Origin: Histomonas meleagridis 2922-C6/04-290x
Taxonomy: Eukaryota > Protista > Parabasalia
Reading direction: 5' to 3'
Assembly (NCBI GenBank): GCA_020184695.1
Contig: JAANOX010000225.1
Location: forward strand, 1-64,000
DNA: 64,000 bases
Positions within the stretch are counted from its first letter, which is position 1. Each line of letters begins with the position of its first letter. A model generated the notes under the pieces. It did not search any database. It was not told the DNA's origin and saw only the letters and a program-made list of their open reading frames with translations. Both the position numbers and the translations under genes were made by a program. Positions 21,201 through 33,000 of the stretch are shown piece by piece.

Positions 21201-22219
21201 TTATTGAAGGAAGTGAAGAAGAATTAAAATGTACAACAATTATCAATCACTTAAAGAAGATCACTCAAAATTTCATTCCAAATCTTCAAAATATTAAAAT
21301 TTGTATTGATTCTATATATGAAATATTATCATTATTTGATTCATATTTATATCCAATAGTATATTTAGAACGCCAAACAAATGTTTTAATAATACCAATA
21401 TCATTTGATATAAATTTAAATGAAAATTCATTTGATAATATCAAACTATTTTTAGAATCATTACTTCGTGATACACAAGAAGTGTTTAAAATGTTCAAAA
21501 ATAAAATCAACAACAAACAAACAAATTCCAAAATTATTATTAAACTTTTGAATAATTTTCATGCAAAAATAAGCTTAATTTCAAGTGTTCTAAATTTTTT
21601 GATGCAATTATCAACAAATAATAAAAAAGAAACAAAAATTAAATGTTTCAATAATTCACTTCAATATATTGGGAATTTGATGATTCAAGTCGTACAAGAA
21701 AGAAAAACAGGAAGAATAACATGGAGATATTCATTAGTTTGTTTTATATGTTCATTTAAAGTATTTTTACATCAAATAAAAGAGATAATTCCCTTTGCTT
21801 TAGAAGTAAATATTACAGATTTATATTTAAAACAATTATATTTAATAATTTTTCGTTTAAAAAAATGTAAATTTAATGATTACTTAATGATAAAACTTCA
21901 TAAAAAATTAAAAGTTTTGTTTAAATCCATTTTACAAACTTTTGCTGATATTTCTGAAAGTAAAAAAGAGAAAATAATAAAAACACTTGAAACAATTGTT
22001 AAATGTTTAGAATTAGAACAATCAAATTCATTTCAGAATATGGTCCAATTTGTTATATATGTCACGCAAATAAGAAAAGATTTTGATGAGTTTGAGACAA
22101 TTTATAATTCATCTGATAAATTTATAAAAACATTTCAAATATTTCAATCACTCAAAGACAGTTTTGAAGAAGATATTATCACAAAACTAAATTCACTTTT
22201 GGTTCCTTTATCAAATTAA
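18257..22219 (+). CDS. Hypothetical all-helical protein, 1320 aa
   Basis: A 3.9-kb uninterrupted ORF in extremely AT-rich DNA, with no recognisable motif. Confidence 0.65.
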   Translation: MDFNTNFESFTFVLWGLLEMNDIFSYINNLFSFSIIPANFICKNVKIKFSSPLFTTKILEPLKNPYISKCILMNIIQIFTTDSLSRLTPHLQKEYKNIKNELQTKYSLSNIIFYLQNMKKFIEYINSIVTWFVEIVLDYIKNPFQKEFFITSIKKFNSCFNYLKFLDQGIIVELKFVPKEFNIELIQEFVNELMLQVKCCVEVTEKILEQPKNIELQKLLTNELQKLLMSPKDFSLIYTRLMQNINLTNTSTNSPQIFFKNFTTVSSDICLLAIILAISIPEQLEDTTNILSKFSLHCFETFAFLSSALNYKGTFEVLINHSLQSNKKMNSMIYSLLQKLSEILPSVEGPFGDYLRKQLYENFETILQLQQQFYQNLNKTIEDIKSCNEFYKYNINSISMHARTLINSISKTIENIQPVKILEKNYLQFCEYLKIYSLKQIDMKKRVFIVEKEILLNNKMKTFFSVQSETFKEQIIIYKMKIFGIDIMNSLTLVETYEYGFKDLLNIKRKLSKLIVRFYPDNFQDLIQEIKVNELNAVINMLYESYEIFCINNNDKDPKEVLICLKECIKLNIIIEGISIFLNQKSEMLKQFVLIIKKITYNFKIFLQNILYCILNLFINMLDDYEKDFKKIQLLKEKFTDNLPYYSREFTNDLIKSSREIIESYEIFFEYNKLLLKCINIYKELQCFTEVLQETNFFHFNLIGYIIKDYVCKINDFINNNEISYFERSQSIFLYIIELSDYIDYVNELKFHKQLLLNAMRNIILYEAEHSFYQENIQFRENINKEILSIKALLPHVVVIGDKYIKNIKIISDKKTNIPDFKFKEYIRKDENYKIYILKEEINKIFNEENHQNSSKLIITKTIQILKIIFVLLSKQQNIFIFMNNILSETSLILSDLILYTKVNTNVKQNFWTIIISKIDNIVKLIEEITDLQTEEFLNFLNISSEVTLFVLSLFSSFDNSNGITCNDLKSLKKISKIIILFIEGSEEELKCTTIINHLKKITQNFIPNLQNIKICIDSIYEILSLFDSYLYPIVYLERQTNVLIIPISFDINLNENSFDNIKLFLESLLRDTQEVFKMFKNKINNKQTNSKIIIKLLNNFHAKISLISSVLNFLMQLSTNNKKETKIKCFNNSLQYIGNLMIQVVQERKTGRITWRYSLVCFICSFKVFLHQIKEIIPFALEVNITDLYLKQLYLIIFRLKKCKFNDYLMIKLHKKLKVLFKSILQTFADISESKKEKIIKTLETIVKCLELEQSNSFQNMVQFVIYVTQIRKDFDEFETIYNSSDKFIKTFQIFQSLKDSFEEDIITKLNSLLVPLSN

Positions 22220-22746
22220 TTTTGACTTCAAGAGACAAAAAAACTATAGAATAAAAAAAATATGTAAAAAAAAAACTTTTTTTATAATAAAATAGAAAGT
22301 GAGTTTGATGAAAAAAGAATCAATAAGATATATATATACATATTCATTAAACACATATGAATTTATAATTGTAATGTGAATTGCTTCAAATTTCAACTTA
22401 AGGCAACTGTTTTTACTGACGCAAACGCAATTGATCGATCAATTTGACAAATTGAATTTTTGGTTTAAAAAGTTCGACAACTCAACTTTTGATATAAAAT
22501 TGTTTTATTGGCTTCTCAAAAAGTAAAACAAAAATCCGAACAATTTTTTCTCAATTACAATATAACTATAATAATAATACACGAATATTCCAATTTTCAT
22601 TTTTGAGTTAATTTTTATATTAAACATAAACATAAAAATAATAATCATCTCCTTCAAAATTTAAGTTTTGATTTAAGCGACCGAACAACAATGAAAAAAT
22701 TTGAATGATTTATTGGAGGTTAATTCTATTTACTTCACATTGTTTC

Positions 22747-23499
22747 ATGAAGAAATTCCTGAACAAGACCAAGAAGTCAATCACAGTCGGAATTGGAAAA
22801 ATAGATGAAAAAGTAGGCAGCGACAAGAAACGTGAGGAATCACCTGAGTTTACTCAAGCAATTGCAAACCTTAACGAATTTGAAGAAGCAATTAAAGGAT
22901 TCAAAAAGTCCATTAATTCCCTTCGTGATGCTGCTCTTGCTTTCGGTGAAGTAATCATCAATGCTGGTAATTCCTTTAACAATGCTCTCAAGGATGGAGA
23001 CGAAGGTAAACAAGTTGCCCAAAATGCTAAAAACCTTAGTGAGCAACTCAAAGTTTATTACAACAACGCTCATAATTACTTCATTCCAACCTTTGTTACA
23101 TCTAAACTCAATGATATCAACAATCAAATCAAGCAAATCAAGCTTCTTATTGATAAGAGAAAGAAGAACCAGATCCTCTTGAAGCAAGAAGAATCCAACC
23201 TTAAATCTGCTCGTGAAAAGAACCAAAATGTTGAAAAGCATGAAGAATCAACAAAGGCTCGTAAGAAGAAGTTTAAGAAGTACAACAAGCTTGTCCTCGA
23301 AGAAGTTGAAAAGGTTTACTCTTCAAGGTTTAGCACATATCAAGAATTGTATTCATCAATCATTTTCTACCAATCAGAATTGATGAACCTCACATTACAA
23401 GGAATCAACTCAAATGTACCACAACTTTCATTTGAATCCAATAGGGATAAGTATCAATCTGTCACATCTGCAGTACCAGAAACCTCAGAAACAAAGTAA
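22747..23499 (+). CDS. BAR-domain-like coiled-coil protein
   Basis: An amphipathic N-terminus MKKFLNKTKKSI is followed by three long helices. It has an upstream TCACAT Inr-like motif and biased, highly-expressed-type codon usage. Confidence 0.6.
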   Translation: MKKFLNKTKKSITVGIGKIDEKVGSDKKREESPEFTQAIANLNEFEEAIKGFKKSINSLRDAALAFGEVIINAGNSFNNALKDGDEGKQVAQNAKNLSEQLKVYYNNAHNYFIPTFVTSKLNDINNQIKQIKLLIDKRKKNQILLKQEESNLKSAREKNQNVEKHEESTKARKKKFKKYNKLVLEEVEKVYSSRFSTYQELYSSIIFYQSELMNLTLQGINSNVPQLSFESNRDKYQSVTSAVPETSETK

Positions 23500-23540
23500 A
23501 AGTCACCATTTTTTATTCTTCTTTTTTGTAGTTAACAAAC

Positions 23541-23708
23541 AAATTACTTCTTGAACAAGAAGGAATTGATATTAATGCTAAAGATATTTATTTGGTTAAT
23601 TTAATATTTATTTTATTAATTTGAATTTTCAAAATAATATAAATTATTTGATACAACAAGAAGGGAATAAGGCGTTTTGAAACCCCACTCATCGATGAAG
23701 AGCTTTAA
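23541..23708 (+). pseudogene. Orphan ankyrin fragment carrying a 20-nt-module array
   Basis: KLLLEQEGIDINAKDIY | spacer | FNIY | spacer | FEFS | AAATAATA | damaged FGNY block ... FETPLI. Confidence 0.7.
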
Positions 23709-24083
23709 TGCATGTTGATTATTAACCCATTTTCATCATATTGTTTTCTGAAATATTTAAGAATTTTTGAAAATATTGTAAAACAATTAATTCTATCATT
23801 GAATAAGAAAATTCATTAATAAATTATATTTGTTATCAAAAATCATCACTAACAAAAGAATCTTGATACTATTTTTTGATTATTTGATATTTTTCGCTTT
23901 AAAACAAGTTTGAATTCAAACATAAGTAAGGAAAAAAAAAGTTAAATAACATAAATTTTGTAAATTTTTACTTCTTATTGTTCAAAATGAGATGGAAAAT
24001 TAATCTATTGTGATATGTGCTTGAAGCAATTTCCAATAACTATTGTTATCATGGATAATAATCCATCATCCATAAAATAATGA

Positions 24084-24713
24084 CTATAATGTAAATTGTG
24101 ATTCGAGCATTGCCATGAATTTAAATCCTTTAAAACAAATCATTGATAAAATAATTTTATTGGTAACATTAGAGTAATGACCAATACGATAAATAACAAC
24201 GTATAATGTATAAATTGATTTTAACATAGCATATTCATTCCACAGATCACAACAAAGAATGCGGTTCTTCGATCTGACTCGAAGTATTTTCACAGTATCA
24301 GCAATATATATCTTCCAATCAGATCCAAATCTATGATAATGTGCAAAATATCATGGGTGACACTTGGATATAATTGAAGAATCAACTAAATTTCGTTCAG
24401 ACAGTTTCCAAATTAGATAATGTGATTCTTCATAATTAGTTTTAAGCATGATATTAACAAAAACATCAATGACATTGGGAATACTTTTGTCCATCTCAGT
24501 TTCCTTTGCTTGAATTGTTTCCAAATATTTTAGATAAAGATCGCCAGCGATCGAATTTGAGAGATATGCATCATAAGTTAAATGACAAATCACTGAAATA
24601 AATGTGCTCGGAAAGATTGGGTCAAATAATTCTAATGTTTCTTGAATTGATGAAACAAGGTTATCTTCATTCATGTTTAAAATGATTGTTTCGAGTGATT
24701 TAAGTAATTCCAT
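24084..24713 (-). pseudogene. Truncated paralog of the DUF3447-ankyrin genes (N-terminal domain)
   Basis: The N-terminus aligns with genes A and B. An in-frame TGA at 24351-24353 is followed by YFAHY, which matches YFAQY/YFAHY of A and B, then decays. Confidence 0.7.
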
Positions 24714-25132
24714 TGGATCACGTGTATTTGAGCCATTGCTTCATCAAATTTTGCAAAGTTCTAAATTTGCCAAAATATTTAAAAAGTTCATTGAATACAA
24801 AAGCCTTTAACGGCTTAAACTTTTTGATATATTCTGTCAAAATATACAAAGAAAATCAATAACTGTTAAAATTTAACAGACATGTGAATTTGAATGGCCA
24901 TGGATAAATTAGTGAAATTAATTTTAAGGCTTATTAAAATGTGACATTAAACTATTTTAATCTGTTTTTATATTTTTACTTTTTATAGGAATAATATTTT
25001 ATAAGGCATTAATACTCAAACATCAAGATACCGAAAGTTTTATCATTAACATCAATAATTTTCAGTGTTTTTTTTTTCTTTTTCGTTACGAAGTATCATA
25101 AAAAAATCTTATAAAAAACATATAAACAATAT

Positions 25133-26500
25133 TTACACATGTACAAAAAGCGGCACTTGGCGTATCTTTGATTTATTTGTCAAACAGTACATCCAATGCC
25201 TTATTATTGGTTCATCCTCATTCGAAAATCCAATAGTTTGAAGTGAGTTTAACATTCTTTCTCTTGTTTGCAGTGTTCTCGTAGTCAATTCTGCTATTTT
25301 TATTTTAAATTTCCCGAATATATGTTTAATATCATTAAAAGAGTTTAAAATTAAAATATTTTCCGATATATTATTTAAATTACAATTATGTGAAATATGT
25401 CTAATTATCGAATTCTCAGAACATTTTGTTCCATGGAAGGAACAGCTTTGCAACTCAAAAACATTTACCATTTCATTTGGTTTCATACGTTTTGCAATGA
25501 TTATATTATAAGGGATACATTCGATAGTTTTAGGTGAATTTCCCCGCGAAATGTGATATGAAAAAGATTCTTTAAACGGTGAAAAAATTGACAGTTTTTT
25601 TGCGAGAGTTTCGCCAACGGTTAAATTATCTGTGATGAGCGCAAGCGTCTTGCCACTAAAAATTGTGAAAAGACAATCGAAAATAGTTTTGTTTTGAAAC
25701 ATTGTTGTGATTGATATTGATTCAGAATCATTTTGTTGAAGAAGAGTTTGAATAATTTGTGATGGATTATTTCCAATTGCAATATCAAAACCATCTAACT
25801 TTGTTAAGGAACTCATGCTAAATGTGGTTGATGGAAGAGTTTTGATAAAATTGAGAATTTTGGGTATTTGGGATTTCAAATCAATTAGACCAGAAATGTC
25901 TCTAAGGTTGTTATTAATATAAGTAAAATCTTCTACAGTTTTTGTGCAATTTTCTATTGGTTGAATTTCCTGGATATCATAATATTGAAGAATTGATTTT
26001 AATTCATCAATTTTTGATTGAAGACCATGATTCTCAGAACCAAACTTGGAAACTGCAAATTGAAGTTCAGCAGCATATTTCTGAATTTCAATTGGAAATA
26101 CATCATTGGAATATTTTTGGAATTCTTTTGTGAGCTTCAGAAGAGATTCGCGATAAAGACATAGTGTTTCATCAATAAGTGTTGAACTTTGATTTGCTAA
26201 AACAAAAACAATTGGACGTGAAAATCCTCGAGCTTCAGTGTCGAGTATTTGAATATGAATTGATATATAATGAAGAGAACAAAAAAACGACCTTATAATT
26301 GTTGGTTCGGGGTTTATTGAAGGTTCTAAATTTGTTGGAGTATTTACGACTAATAAGCGAAAACCATCAGAATCAGGAATAAGTGTTGAATCATTTTCCC
26401 ACTCTGTTCTAGGGTAAGAACCTTGAGCGAATTCAAATATTGCACAATAATATTTTGTTGAAGAAACCGGATTTAATAAGGAATTATTGTTATTTAACAT
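25133..26500 (-). CDS. Folliculin/SMCR8-like uDENN (longin) protein
   Basis: ILDTEARGFSRPIVFVL matches the FLCN/SMCR8 D.EARGF.R motif. The N-terminal AIFEF...G.P is longin-like. Confidence 0.65.
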   Translation of the reverse strand: MLNNNNSLLNPVSSTKYYCAIFEFAQGSYPRTEWENDSTLIPDSDGFRLLVVNTPTNLEPSINPEPTIIRSFFCSLHYISIHIQILDTEARGFSRPIVFVLANQSSTLIDETLCLYRESLLKLTKEFQKYSNDVFPIEIQKYAAELQFAVSKFGSENHGLQSKIDELKSILQYYDIQEIQPIENCTKTVEDFTYINNNLRDISGLIDLKSQIPKILNFIKTLPSTTFSMSSLTKLDGFDIAIGNNPSQIIQTLLQQNDSESISITTMFQNKTIFDCLFTIFSGKTLALITDNLTVGETLAKKLSIFSPFKESFSYHISRGNSPKTIECIPYNIIIAKRMKPNEMVNVFELQSCSFHGTKCSENSIIRHISHNCNLNNISENILILNSFNDIKHIFGKFKIKIAELTTRTLQTRERMLNSLQTIGFSNEDEPIIRHWMYCLTNKSKIRQVPLFVHV

Positions 26501-26890
26501 GTTGACACTTTTCGGATAATATTAAAACTTAAAAATAGAAATTTAAAACAGAACTTCTGCACCAAATTCCAAAAATATGTAAAGCCTACTTTCTATGAAT
26601 TTTTATTTAAAGATGAGAAATTTTACAATAAACTTTATTAATTATACATTTACTAAAAATTCAATTATATAAATTTTACCATAATTTAATTTTTCATTAA
26701 ATTTTACTCATATTTTCAATCTTTCTTATTTTATTAATAATTAGGTCAGTGATACGATTAAAACACATGTCTCTGGGTGTTTTTATATTTATAATGAAAT
26801 ATAATATCTTCGAGGAAAATATATTATATATGAAATATTTCTATACCAATTCTTAAAAAAAAACTTTTATTGATGAACATATTATTTAAT

Positions 26891-27937
26891 CTAAAGCTCT
26901 ATCCATGAATTTGGTTCAACTTCAACATCAATATCATATTCAGGATTTGGTTGTATTGGATCATATTCATCCGTTTCTTCGACGTACTGAAGGCATTTAA
27001 TGCACTTCGACGAGAATTTATTTAAAGTTTTATTTATATGAGATCGAAATTCGAAAATGGAAAAGTTCGTTTCCGAAAAACAACTTTCTCTAATGTCTAA
27101 GCTAGACCAATATGAGTAAAACGAGCTGCCATTAACACCAGAAGTGTTATTTATGAAGCATGAATGTCGAATTTCTGATTCGAAATCTGGAGATATATCT
27201 CGAACGTATATTGCTCCACCATGCGTTTTGGCTCTATTTCTAATGAACTTAGATCCAATAATGCTTAGAGTGGCTTTGGAAGCATAAATAGCTCCACCAC
27301 GATTTCCGAAATTATTTGTGAATACGCAATTCTTGAAAATGGCATCGCAATCAGAGAAAAATGAGGACTCTGAATTCTCAAAAGAAGTATCAGAAACATC
27401 TATGATAGCTTCAGTTATTGCTTTAATTGGTCGATGTAAATTATTACGAAATATACAATTGTCAATTTGGAAAGTTCCTCCTTTAACATCGAAAATATCG
27501 CCTTTATTGTTTTCAAAAACGCAATCTTTGAATATGATAAGAGGCCATGGAGTTTCTGATATGATACGAATTAAAATAGGTTTAGCAAAATTGGTGAATG
27601 TAAAGCCGACTATCTTTGCCCAACAGAACCTTGATGCAGAATGAATATTGAAGAGAGACTCCCCTGCAATAAAACTCCCATCAATAATTGTTTTATCTGT
27701 TGTAATAAAAGTTACATTCATAAACATAGAAATATGAAGAAGATCCGAAAGAGGCGAGGGGTAACTTGTAATAGATATTTTTGAATCATGAAAAAGTAGA
27801 GTATCACCATTTCTTATAATGCGTGAAGCAACATCAAAGCTACATGAAGAAGTAAAACAATCACCATCACTACGATCAGATACATGTAATGTTCTTAAGT
27901 CTCGTGAATAAGCAAATAAAAAAAGAAGAGAGAACAT
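26891..27937 (-). CDS. Secreted Pmp-like / right-handed beta-helix protein
   Basis: Signal peptide, FxxN and GGAIY repeats (FTNNFGNRGGAIY, FIRNRAKTHGGAIY). Confidence 0.75.
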   Translation of the reverse strand: MFSLLFLFAYSRDLRTLHVSDRSDGDCFTSSCSFDVASRIIRNGDTLLFHDSKISITSYPSPLSDLLHISMFMNVTFITTDKTIIDGSFIAGESLFNIHSASRFCWAKIVGFTFTNFAKPILIRIISETPWPLIIFKDCVFENNKGDIFDVKGGTFQIDNCIFRNNLHRPIKAITEAIIDVSDTSFENSESSFFSDCDAIFKNCVFTNNFGNRGGAIYASKATLSIIGSKFIRNRAKTHGGAIYVRDISPDFESEIRHSCFINNTSGVNGSSFYSYWSSLDIRESCFSETNFSIFEFRSHINKTLNKFSSKCIKCLQYVEETDEYDPIQPNPEYDIDVEVEPNSWIEL

Positions 27938-28389
27938 TTTATCTGGGGAGTACCATTATAAAATTTCTTGTTTAACGTCTTCTTTTCTTTTTTCATAAAC
28001 TGTATAAAATTATGATTTTTTTGCTTAACAATACAAAGCATAACAACTACGCCCAACAAGCTTAAATGGATATAGAAATATTTCATCAAAAAAAATGAAA
28101 TTATTATTTTGCAGATGCATTAACACATCTTTTAGTCAGATAAAAAATAGTTTTTCTATGCTTCGCACATATTTATATGGTTGTTTTTTAGTTGTTGCGC
28201 TCATTTTCGTTTTGCAAAACATTTATTCTCAATAATGAACGATTATTTTACACACAAAAAATTGGTAGATCCCTACTTTTTATGAGGACTTCGTTAAAAC
28301 TTTTTCAATATATATCGAACGTTTATATACCTTTATCTGACCGGCCAAATATAATTGACAGATACAGTTAAAAAATTCATTCAAGAAAA

Positions 28390-29070
28390 ATGGAAAACCT
28401 CGCAAACATCCCAATATTTACAAAAATATATGGCATCGTCGTTCTATCATTCGGACTCCTCGTCTCACTGAAAGTTGTCAATCCGCTTTATTTAATTTTT
28501 CTACCGCAAGCAATATTTCAAGGACAAATATGGAGAATTTTCACAGCACCATTTTTCCTTGGAAAACTCGATATGAACCTTATAATGCGTATTTTGTCCT
28601 CATTTATGATGGTCAAAAAACTTGAAGAACAACATTTTTCACATAGATTATCAAATCTCATTTTTATTTTTATTTTACTTTGTATCCTTACAATGTCATT
28701 ATCAGCTATCTTTGGTTCTTTCTTTGTTGGTTCTTCCGTCCTTTCAGGTCTTATCTATATATACTCAAAATTGTATTCAAATACAATGGTTAATCTTATG
28801 ATGGTCATACCAATAAATGTCCAATGGCTTCCATTCACTTCTCTCCTTATTGATTTACTTAATAATATGTCAATGCTTCCAGATCTTATTGGTCTTGCAT
28901 CAGGTCATATCATATTTTATTTACTTTTTGTTCTCCCTGTTTTGATAAAGCGCCCATTACTCAAAACTCCCACGTTTTTATCACGACTTTTGGATGATAC
29001 AAACTTTATTCCAGAAGGAGAGCAACGTAATAATGCATTTGGAGGACGTGCTCACAGAGTTAATGAGTGA
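28390..29070 (+). CDS. DER1: Derlin (Der1-like ERAD protein)
   Basis: GQIWRIFTAPFF and DLIGLASGHIIFYL; multi-TM. Confidence 0.9.
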   Translation: MENLANIPIFTKIYGIVVLSFGLLVSLKVVNPLYLIFLPQAIFQGQIWRIFTAPFFLGKLDMNLIMRILSSFMMVKKLEEQHFSHRLSNLIFIFILLCILTMSLSAIFGSFFVGSSVLSGLIYIYSKLYSNTMVNLMMVIPINVQWLPFTSLLIDLLNNMSMLPDLIGLASGHIIFYLLFVLPVLIKRPLLKTPTFLSRLLDDTNFIPEGEQRNNAFGGRAHRVNE

Positions 29071-30012
29071 TAAACTCAAAATATCCTTTGTGTGGAAATA
29101 AACATTATTTGAATTTTTTACTTTTTAGGAAAAATAAATTCAATACTTTAAGTATCGTTTTTATCTGAAAAAATGGTATCGTTCTATTGAAAATCGCATC
29201 ATTTATTTCTGGTGCAAAGTTTGAATTTAGCCACTTGTGGCAGCAATTGTTTTGATGTATTGCGGAACTTTAACAGAACGTAGCACTTTAAATCAAATAG
29301 GCGAAGATAACAATTCATCAACTTATCAAAAAATTTATCTGATCGAACTTAAAGTTGGTATAACACCAATTTCTTGGAAGCACTTGGAAAATAGCAGTGA
29401 AGACACTGAATGCATATTATATACGTAATAGATGTATTTTTTTTCGCTAATTTAATTCATTACGACTGATTTAAAACCTGTTCAATTTTTGAGTAAACTA
29501 TTTAAAAAACCGAAAACCTGTAACAGAAAATTAAATGATCATTCAATATATTGAAGGTTATTTTTACGACATTAAAAATATAACCGTAATTATCTGCTGG
29601 AAAAGTTGTTGAAAGTGATATGATTCATAATGAAGTGTTTTAGAGTCCAATTATCATTTTCAGCTTCAAAAGGCTGAGGTAAATTCACCCTTTCAAAATG
29701 TAAAATCTAATGTTATGATATCACAAAGATCATACATGAAATTGCCAACAAATTTACTGGAAAATGTGATGAAAATCGATCTAATAATCAAATGCTGAGT
29801 ACAATAGCAACTACAGAACAAAATTGCAAATAAAAATAAGTATGAGCTAATAAACTATTAGTTATCTTCGTTAAATGACAATACGCTTAAAACGTTACGA
29901 ACTGTTCAAAAAGTTGAAATGACTTCACTTATCCGATATAGTAAAATTTTATTTGAGATCATTACGATCGTTTTATATTGAAATTAAATGTATAAATGAC
30001 ACTTTTCATATA

Positions 30013-33000
30013 ATGGCAGAAGGATTTGATTATCACCTAAGTCCAAAAGAACAAGAAAAAGTTGAAAGAATCGTACCAGTCAATCAATCAAAGATATTTT
30101 TAGCATTTCATGCAGATATTATATTAAATGAAAAAAAATTCAAAGAGGGTACATGTGTTCTTACAACACATCTAATTATTTTATGCAAGCGTACCTTTAT
30201 TGGGAATGGCCTCTCTGAAATTAAGACATTTCATATTTTAAGACTAGAGAAATTTGCTATGATTAAAGAAAACATATGCAAATTTATTATTAATAATGCT
30301 AAAGTGACCATAATTTCACAGGCGGCTTTACGTTTTGCTAGAGTTTTAAACAGGAATTACTATGTAATAACAACACTTTTTCCTCCAAATAAAAAGGTAA
30401 AATTCAAAACAAAGAACAAATCAGATTTTCCTCCATTTGACCCGCACATGTCACCATCACAAAAGTTACAGTTTTGCTATAATGCTTATTGTTCATTTTA
30501 CAAATGTTTATATATTCATGATATTCCACGTTTTTTCCATTCTTTAATTTTCAGCGGCAATGGAATAGCAAACTTAGACCAGCTTCCTACCTATCTTATT
30601 GATCTTAAATTCAGTTCAAATCTTGATCTAAGACCAGTTTTTAATTCATTAATTTTTTATCCATTGATTTATGGCATTTGCTGTTATGACGTAGATAGGT
30701 ACGACATCGTGAAGTCAATGTCTCCATTGATTACATATACCAAATATCTTCAACTTATTGATATTCATAATTGCCAAGTTGAAGTTGGAATAAACGAACT
30801 AGCAGAAGCTCTGACCAAAAACCCTGAAAACAAAATTGTTTATTGGGATCTAAGTAACAATCCATTCAAAAACATCACTCCATTTTGCAAAGCATTATCT
30901 TTAGCAACAGCACCAATTTTTTACCTAAACTTGTCAACAACACAGCTCACAACAGAGTCAACCATTGAGTTATTTAACTCGATTTTGAATAATAAGAATT
31001 TATGGGGAATCAAATATCTATTTATTGATGGTGCTATCTTTTCAGAAGAAAGCTTACTAGCGTTATCAAAACTAATAAGCACATTCGCTCAAGAAAAAAT
31101 TCGTTCATTACACACTTTGAGCATTGCAAATATCAAAGGTCAAATCGAAACGGTTATAAACGTATTTAACCGTTGGCCTCAGCCGATTTCATCGTTCAAT
31201 GTATCCAACAACGAACTTAACCAAAAGGCAATTTCAGAGCTTAATAAGTTCGTGAAAGGATCTGAATCATTAAAGGATCTGGATATAAGTTCTACAAATC
31301 TTAGCTCAGATGATATTACTGATATAATCAATGGAATTTCAGAAAATCAAAAAATAACTGAAATGAAATTGAATTTAGCAAAACTTGAATTAACTGGGAA
31401 GAAAATAAGAGATGTTATGAATGCATTTGAAAATTCAACATTAACAAAATGGACAGGAATTTCAATTGAATCTAATGATGTACAAATGGAAGAGCTTGGA
31501 AAGTTCATTAGTGTTGCAAGGAGAATGACAAACTTGAGAAGTCTCTCACTTGGTGATAATTTCACATATAAAACCAAAGGAATTGAAGAAGCTCTTTTAC
31601 AAATCCTTTCACTTAATTCGCTTAGGTTATTAAGCATTAGGGGAACAGAAAAAAGATTTCTTGGAGATAAATTATACAGGTTTTTGAAAGCAATGAAAAT
31701 AAATACAACACTTCTAAAGCTCGATATTTCAGGGAACAAGATCAAAGACACAGGCATGGATCTAGTTTGCGATGTTTTACGTTCGAACAAAATGCTTACA
31801 GAGCTTAATATTGATGGATCATGTCCAAAGAATCAAAAAACCCTTCTTAAATTCTTTGAAACTCTTTCCTCAAATACATACATTGTTGAGTGTGCATTTC
31901 CATATGAAGATTTTTCGACACTTCTTAGTTCAATTTCGTCAAATTCCCAAATGCAGTCTTTCTTTGACCAATTTTCTAAAATCCAAAAGTCATCCCAAGA
32001 AGCCATTCAAAAGAATCAAATGGAAGTTGGCGCACATTCATATCTCTCCGAGAAGAAGCTCCCAGAGTTGGACGAACTGATTGACAACATCACGATAAAC
32101 GTTCACCAAAAACTTGAGAACACAAAATTCAATCAACACGCGGCTATTTCATCGGTTTTTGGGCTGCCCCTACCGCATTTAGATCCCTCTGATGACCAGA
32201 CCAAAGGTGCCATAATTGACCTGAAGCAACCACAATCTATTGATGAATATGAATTGAAGAACACAAACGTTATGGTAGTTGAGGATATTAGTATGTTAGA
32301 AACGCCATTAGGATTAAAGACACTTCAATATAACTCATTATGTATTCGAAGGTCAATTCATGTCGAGCCAAAGATTGACGTGAACAAACTCGACCCAACA
32401 GAAGAAGAAATTTATCGAAACGCGCGAAAACTTGGAATACCACCAATTTTATTACAAGGAAATATGAATATGTCTTCGTTAGGAATACAGTCATTGGCGA
32501 AGAGCAACGACGTTGAAAAGAACCCAAAAAGAAAGAAAAGAATTACAAAGAAAGTTGTATCGAAAAAGAAGAAAGTTGTTACAAGGAAGAAAATAAGAAG
32601 GAAAAACAATGAAACAAATAACGTAGAACAATGCGAAGACAGCTTGGCTATGAGCGAATCAGATGAAGAAGAAAGTGAGGAAGAGAGCGAAGAAGAAACA
32701 AGCCAAAATGAAAGCAATAGCTTAAAGGTGGAGGAAACAAGCGAAAAAGAAAAGAGCAATAGCTTAGAGGTAGAAGAAACGAGCAAAGAAGAAAAGAGCA
32801 ATAGCTTAGAGGTAGAAGAAAGGAGCAATAGCTTAGAGGTTGAAGAGACGAGCGAAGAAGAAAGGAGCAATAGCTTAGAGGTTGAAGAGACGAGTAAAGA
32901 AGAAAGGAGCAATAGCTTAGAGGTGGAGGAAACAAGTGAAACAACAAAGGAGTCGAGGAAAAGTGACAGCGAAACGAACACAACAAAAAGTGACGACAAA

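Noticed and set aside
24351-24353. TGA reassignment suggested by in-frame TGAs (24351, 49944, 51472)
   Set aside because: Intact genes here (e.g. Derlin, CK2, the 625-aa membrane protein) terminate at TGA, and these loci have other lesions or need a frameshift.
29237-29830. Short ORF and coding-like patches between Derlin and the CARMIL-like gene
   Set aside because: They are fragmented, with no recognisable homology.
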